Both the position numbers and the translations under genes were made by a program. The notes under the pieces were generated by a model. The model saw only the letters and a list, made by a program, of their open reading frames with translations, searched no databases and was not told where the DNA came from. From Thermoplasmata archaeon (GTDB lineage Archaea > Thermoplasmatota > Thermoplasmata > Lutacidiplasmatales > UBA184), in the NCBI GenBank assembly GCA_035623855.1, contig DASPSQ010000009.1, forward strand, positions 26,413-90,412: a stretch of 64,000 nucleotides of DNA, given 5' to 3'. Below, piece after piece: positions 59,572-64,000 of this stretch. Position 1 is the stretch's first letter; every line of letters starts with the position of its first letter.

Positions 59572-61650
59572 TCAGCCCGGGCTGCCGATCGAGATCCAGC
59601 GTAGGGAGTACGAATTCAGAACGACGATGGTCGAGGAGAGTGCCATCGCGAGCGCGCCGGTATACGGAAGGACTTGGAAGACTCTCAGTCCCAGGAACGG
59701 AACCAGTGCCCCCATCGCGATCGGCAGAAGGACCGCATTGTATCCGGTTGCCCAGAGGAGATTTCCGCGGATCTTTCGCACGGTCCGACGACCGATGCGC
59801 AGGGCAAGGGCAACCCCCCGAAAATCCGTGCGTACCAGAATGACCCCACCGGCTTCCCGGGCGACATCGGTGCCCGCGCCGATCGCGATCCCCAGATCGG
59901 CCTGCAGGAGCGCCGGCGCGTCGTTGATTCCGTCTCCGACGTAGGCCACCAACCTGCCCTGAGACTGCAGTCGCTGGATCCAGTGCAGCTTGTCTTCGGG
60001 GGACATCCGAGCATGCACCTCGGAAATCCCCGCGCGTTCGGCGACAGCGTGCGCGGCCTGCTCGTGATCCCCCGTGAGCATCGCCACCCCGATCCCATCG
60101 GTCCTCAGGGCATGGATGGCCTCGGGGACTCCCGGAGCGAGCTCGTCCGAGAACCCGAGGATGGCGGCCGGTGCCGAGCCCCGGAGGACGAGCGACCAGG
60201 ACTTTCCCTCGCGCCCGAGCTCCGCAGCTCGACCCGCTAGGGGACCTAGATCGATCCCGGACATCTCGACCGCGGCCGCTCCCAGCACCGCGACGGTCTC
60301 GGTCCCGAGGCGAGCGGAAACTCCCCGGCCGGGGTCGGCGGTGATCTCGTCGACTCGAACGGGATTCGCTCCCCGTCTCTCTGCCGCCTCCACGACGGCG
60401 TTCGCGAGGGGATGTTCCGAGCCCTGCTCGATGCCGGCAGCGAGCGACAATGCGTCCATTTCCGAGAATCCCGCCACTGGAACGATGTCCGTCAGGACGG
60501 GGAATCCACGGGTCAGCGTGCCGGTCTTGTCGGTCAGGACGAGGTCGACTCGGCTTGCCTGTTCGATCGAGTCCCGCCCCCTGAAGAGGATTCCCTCCTC
60601 GGCCGCCCGACCCGTCCCGACGACGAGTGCCGCCGGGGTCGCAATCCCGAACGCGCACGGACAGGCGGTAATCACCACGGACACGACGATCAAGAGCACC
60701 CACGTCCAGCCGGCACCCCCCCAGAGGAACCACGCGGCTGCTGTCGCTAGGGCGAGTGCCAGGACCAAGGGAACGAAGACCGACGCGACGCGGTCGGCGA
60801 GTCGCTGGAGGGGCACGCGGCTCGTTTCGGCCTCGGTCACCAGCCGCCCGATCTCGGCGAGCCACGTATCCGAGCCGACCCGGGTCGCGACGACCGTCAA
60901 GAACCCCTCGCCGTTGACGGTCCCTGCGATCACGGAATTCCCGGCGTTCTTCGATACCGGTGCGGACTCTCCCGTGATCAGGGCCTCGTTCACGGTCGAC
61001 CGCCCATCGCGGACGATTCCGTCCGCAGGGAATCGAGCCCCAGGACGGACCTGGAGCAGGTCCCCCACTCGAACTTCGGCAGCGGGGATCTCCACCTCCC
61101 GGCCCTCCCGAATCGCTGTCGCGACCACGGGACCGAGCGCCGCGAGGGCCGCAACGACGCCTCGAGCCCCCTCCCGGACCCGGTGTTCGAGATAGTTTCC
61201 CGTGAGAATCAAGGTCACGATCAGCGACGAAGCGTCGAAGTAGTAGGTGGACGGGAGAACCCGGAGAACGAGAGCCGCTGAACTGTAGGCGAACGCGATG
61301 GACGTGCCGACTGCGATCAGGATATCCATGTTCCAGATCCGGGAACGGATGGCATCGTAGGTCCCCCGATAGAATTCGAGGCCCGGATAGAACTGGACCA
61401 CGCCCGCCAGAGCGAAAGCGACCCAGGGCCAGTCCGTGAAGTGGACTGCGTACGTAATCGCAGCCACCGCGATGGACAGGGGCCAACTGACGGCCAACCG
61501 GTGTCGGAGACGAGCGAGTTCGCGTACGGGCTCGCCAAACTGCTGGAGGCAGTGGGTGGAACAGAAGAAGTACGATCGGTTTTCCCGGACCAGGGTTAGC
61601 TCAGCAGTGCGCTCATCGACGTACATCCCACAGACCGGGTCGGTCGCCAT
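59572..61650 (-). CDS. copA: Copper-translocating P1B-type ATPase with N-terminal TRASH/YHS metal-binding domain
   Basis: 692 aa. N-terminal DPVCGM...FCSTHC (TRASH), the CPC transmembrane motif (ACPCAFGIATP), DKTGTLT phosphorylation site and GDGINDAP hinge. Confidence 0.85.
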   Translation of the reverse strand: MATDPVCGMYVDERTAELTLVRENRSYFFCSTHCLQQFGEPVRELARLRHRLAVSWPLSIAVAAITYAVHFTDWPWVAFALAGVVQFYPGLEFYRGTYDAIRSRIWNMDILIAVGTSIAFAYSSAALVLRVLPSTYYFDASSLIVTLILTGNYLEHRVREGARGVVAALAALGPVVATAIREGREVEIPAAEVRVGDLLQVRPGARFPADGIVRDGRSTVNEALITGESAPVSKNAGNSVIAGTVNGEGFLTVVATRVGSDTWLAEIGRLVTEAETSRVPLQRLADRVASVFVPLVLALALATAAAWFLWGGAGWTWVLLIVVSVVITACPCAFGIATPAALVVGTGRAAEEGILFRGRDSIEQASRVDLVLTDKTGTLTRGFPVLTDIVPVAGFSEMDALSLAAGIEQGSEHPLANAVVEAAERRGANPVRVDEITADPGRGVSARLGTETVAVLGAAAVEMSGIDLGPLAGRAAELGREGKSWSLVLRGSAPAAILGFSDELAPGVPEAIHALRTDGIGVAMLTGDHEQAAHAVAERAGISEVHARMSPEDKLHWIQRLQSQGRLVAYVGDGINDAPALLQADLGIAIGAGTDVAREAGGVILVRTDFRGVALALRIGRRTVRKIRGNLLWATGYNAVLLPIAMGALVPFLGLRVFQVLPYTGALAMALSSTIVVLNSYSLRWISIGSPG

Positions 61651-61676
61651 GCGTCAGTGCGGCCCGGCAGGTCGGA

Positions 61677-61820
61677 TTACTTCGACTTCCGCTGCGCCTC
61701 GTACTTCTTCTGACAGACCCCGGAGCAGAAGTAGACGATCCGTCCGTCGTACAGCCCCTTCGCCGGCGCCTGGTCCGTGTCGACGGTCATTCCACAAATC
61801 GGATCCGTTGCGTTGGACAT
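61677..61820 (-). CDS. Small TRASH/YHS-domain metal-binding protein (47 aa)
   Basis: Encodes MSNATDPICGMTVDTDQAPAKGLYDGRIVYFCSGVCQKKYEAQRKSK with the C-x-M...C-x3-C metal ligands of the TRASH domain. It is upstream of and co-oriented with copA, and shorter than the ORF-track cutoff. Confidence 0.55.
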   Translation of the reverse strand: MSNATDPICGMTVDTDQAPAKGLYDGRIVYFCSGVCQKKYEAQRKSK

Positions 61821-61869
61821 CTAATGACCTCACCCTCCTGAGCGCATTACTTTATTTGAGCCCTCCGCT

Positions 61870-62529
61870 TTGCCCGGTGCGCAAGGGGGAGGCTGTGTAG
61901 TGGATCGGACGAATCCGGCCCGCCATCGTACGACTCCCGCCCCTCGCGTGAGCGGAGCGCTCGCCATCGATTTTGCGAACACGGTGGCGTGCGATGCATG
62001 CGGGGTGGGGGACGCGCTCTCTCGGTCCGAAGGGTTCGATCAGTGGCTCCGTGCGCATCCAGAGGTCCGGGTTCGTTCTCTCACGCTTGGCGAGCTCTCA
62101 CGTCTGAGAACGTTCCGGCGGGATCTCCGAGTCACCTTCCGCGCAGCCGCTCGTCGGACCCCTCCCCCCGCTCATGCACTCGGAGGGATGAATCGCGTGG
62201 CCCGCCGGTTCCGGGTGGAACGAGCCCTTCGCTGGCGCGACGGCGCCTGGGAGGTGGAGGAGCGGAGCTCGGAGTCCGATCCCGTGCTTCGGCTCGCCGG
62301 GAAATTGTGCGAATCGGCCTTCGCGGCGATCGTCGGGAGGGGCTCAGGCCGGCTGCGGGAGTGCCAAGGTCCACGGTGCGCCCATTTCATCTTGGCTCGT
62401 ACGCGGACCCAGCTCTGGTGTTCTCCTACGGGGTGCGGGAACCGCGCACGGGTCGCACGGCATTACTGGCGATCTCGACCTCGGTCCCGGCGAAGCGTTC
62501 GTGCGACTCGCGCGTCCGCGTCACGATGA
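61870..62529 (+). CDS. CGNR zinc-finger / ABATE-domain putative regulator
   Basis: C-terminal CxxxxC...RRWCSPTGCGNRARVARHY is the CGNR zinc-finger signature; the N-terminal region is ABATE-like. Confidence 0.6.
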   Translation: MPGAQGGGCVVDRTNPARHRTTPAPRVSGALAIDFANTVACDACGVGDALSRSEGFDQWLRAHPEVRVRSLTLGELSRLRTFRRDLRVTFRAAARRTPPPAHALGGMNRVARRFRVERALRWRDGAWEVEERSSESDPVLRLAGKLCESAFAAIVGRGSGRLRECQGPRCAHFILARTRTQLWCSPTGCGNRARVARHYWRSRPRSRRSVRATRASASR

Positions 62530-62589
62530 CCGGAGGGCCCCGGACCGGAACGGAAAGTGACATGGGCGCCCCTCCGGTACGCCAGAGGA

Positions 62590-62874
62590 ATGAGCGCCGT
62601 CGTGCACTGGCACTGCGTCGCCGTGGGCCGCGTGCAGGGCGTGAACTACCGGGTCCGAGTGGCGGAGTCCGCTCGCCGCCACGGCGTTGTCGGCGCCGTG
62701 GAGAACCGCCCGGATGGATCGGTCTTCCTCGACGTCCAGGGCCCCGTGGACGTCCTCGAGGCGTTCCTCAAGGACGTTCGAGGTCCGCGCGGAATGAGCC
62801 ACGCCCACTCCGTAGAGCGCGTCGCGGAGGTTCCGGTCTCTCCCGATCTGTACGGGTTCGAGATCGTGCGATGA
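62590..62874 (+). CDS. acyP: Acylphosphatase
   Basis: VAVGRVQGVNYRVRV (V-x-G-x-V-Q-G-V-x-F-R motif) and the C-terminal GF..V pattern; ~94 aa. Confidence 0.8.
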   Translation: MSAVVHWHCVAVGRVQGVNYRVRVAESARRHGVVGAVENRPDGSVFLDVQGPVDVLEAFLKDVRGPRGMSHAHSVERVAEVPVSPDLYGFEIVR

Positions 62875-62907
62875 CCCGATCCTCGGGGTGCCGAGCCCAG
62901 AAGGCCG

Positions 62908-63831
62908 TCAGCCCACGTACGTCAGCCACGCGTCGTACGCCGGTGAGCGCCCGTGGATCGCGTCTTCGTAGCGCCTCTGGAGCCGCCGGGTAATCGGGTA
63001 GTCCCCGTTTCCGATCGGTCGGCCGTCGACCTCCCGGATCGGGGTGACTCCTGCGGCCGTACCGGAGTAGAACAGCTCGTCCGCGGTGAACAGCTCCTCC
63101 CGGGTGAAGTCGGTGCGCTGGAAGGCGAGTCCTTCGTGGGCGAGGAACTTGATCACCGTGTCCCGGGTGATCCCCCGCAAAATCCCCGAGCTTGCCGGGG
63201 GTGTGCTCACGATCTCATTCTTCACACGGAAGACGTTCTCCCCCGGGCCCTCCGCGACCATTCCCGCCGAGTTCAGGAGAATCGCTTCATCGTAGCCGCC
63301 GACGACCGCCTCCATCTTCGCGAGCGCGGAGTTCGCGTAGTTCGCCGCGCATTTTGCCTGCGGCGGGAGCGAGCGAGAATCCATCCGGACCCAGCTAGAA
63401 ATCGTAGCCCGGACTCCCTTCTCCACGCCTTCGGCGCCCAAGTACGCTCCCCAGACCCACTCCCCAATAGCCACGCGGACCGGACATCGGGTGGGGTCGA
63501 GTCCCATCTCCCCGTATCCGGAGAATGCAATGGGCCGGATGTAGACCGTCGGCTCCCCGTTCGCCGCCACGAGATTGACGCACGCCTTTTCGAGATCGGC
63601 CTGGGAGTACGGAATCTTCATCCGATAGACCTTCGCGCTGTTCAGGAATCGGTCGAGGTGTTCCCGGAGGCGGAAAATAGCGGGTCCTCGTGGCGTGTCG
63701 TGCGAACGGATCCCCTCGAAAATCGCGTACCCGTAATGGAGGCCATGCGTCAGGACGTGAACGTTCGCATCCGCCCAATCGACCAGCTGTCCGTCAAGCC
63801 AGATCTTCTTCAGGGCGCGAATACCGACCAT
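62908..63831 (-). CDS. ilvE: Branched-chain amino acid aminotransferase
   Basis: IWLDGQLVDWADANVHVLTHGLHYG N-terminus and the E-x-G-x-x-N-ff motif (AEGPGENVFRV) of fold-type IV aminotransferases. Start set at MVGIRAL, not the upstream in-frame Met. Confidence 0.8.
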   Translation of the reverse strand: MVGIRALKKIWLDGQLVDWADANVHVLTHGLHYGYAIFEGIRSHDTPRGPAIFRLREHLDRFLNSAKVYRMKIPYSQADLEKACVNLVAANGEPTVYIRPIAFSGYGEMGLDPTRCPVRVAIGEWVWGAYLGAEGVEKGVRATISSWVRMDSRSLPPQAKCAANYANSALAKMEAVVGGYDEAILLNSAGMVAEGPGENVFRVKNEIVSTPPASSGILRGITRDTVIKFLAHEGLAFQRTDFTREELFTADELFYSGTAAGVTPIREVDGRPIGNGDYPITRRLQRRYEDAIHGRSPAYDAWLTYVG

Positions 63832-63929
63832 GTCCAAACCATGCGACGTGGACGGATTTAGTGGGTGGTCAAGTGGGGATGACCCCTCCTTCATCAATCC
63901 CGGCCGACTCGTTCACTTTGGAGGAGCCG

Positions 63930-64000
63930 GTGATCGAGATTCGCTTCCACGGTCGAGGCGGGCAAGGAGCCGTCGTCGCATCCGAACTGCTCGCTCAAGC
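63930..64000 (+). CDS. 2-oxoacid:ferredoxin oxidoreductase gamma subunit, N-terminal fragment (continues past window end)
   Basis: GTG-initiated reading frame [23 protein letters not shown] matches the conserved PorG/KorC N-terminus [14 protein letters not shown]. Confidence 0.45.

Overview
Very GC-rich prokaryotic chromosome segment, almost certainly archaeal. Archaea-specific genes are present: diphthamide synthase Dph2, NAC-alpha, Nop5, a PAC2 proteasome-assembly chaperone, and a UDP-sulfoquinovose synthase (Agl3/SQD1-like) beside an Agl4-like sugar nucleotidyltransferase. A TTTTTATA box sits about 30 nt upstream of a leaderless start, and both tRNAs lack an encoded CCA. This pattern fits a high-GC Thermoplasmatota-like lineage, but that is only a guess. 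Gene density is high, with many 1-4 nt stop/start overlaps, and there are many long antisense ORFs that I attribute to GC content alone. The core-genome part (1-32 kb) holds amino-acid metabolism (two aminotransferases, thrC, purA, aspartate aminotransferase) and a three-gene GT4 glycosyltransferase block next to the sulfoquinovose genes. It also holds PAC2, NAC-alpha, a NUDIX hydrolase, dph2, a tightly packed pdxT-hmgA-grpE string divergent from gyrB, an MtaD-like amidohydrolase, a lipoate ligase, nop5 and a crotonase. The most unusual structure starts at tRNA-Thr(GGU) at 32010-32082. Downstream of it, over about 15.5 kb (to 47567), lie at least seven degenerate direct copies of a roughly 38-nt element. 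Each copy carries the last ~21 nt of the tRNA (TTCAAAC-CCTCCCGCGGCTG) preceded by an inverted GGGATTTGAACCC arm. The copies split the region into 0.6-6 kb cassettes of accessory cargo. The cargo comprises a toxin-antitoxin-like pair, three GNATs, an S9 peptidase, an oxidoreductase, a CsoR-Nramp metal module and a TetR-MFS efflux pair. No integrase is visible in the window. After the array comes a signalling locus with three paralogous class-III nucleotidyl cyclases, one of them a 1097-aa cyclase-AAA/STAND-TPR protein. A standalone cNMP-binding protein and a tandem Lrp/AsnC regulator sit with them. The window ends with a CopA ATPase plus a TRASH/YHS chaperone, a CGNR zinc-finger protein, acylphosphatase, ilvE and the start of a 2-oxoacid:ferredoxin oxidoreductase gamma subunit. 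No CRISPR array, rRNA or recognisable transposase/integrase was seen.
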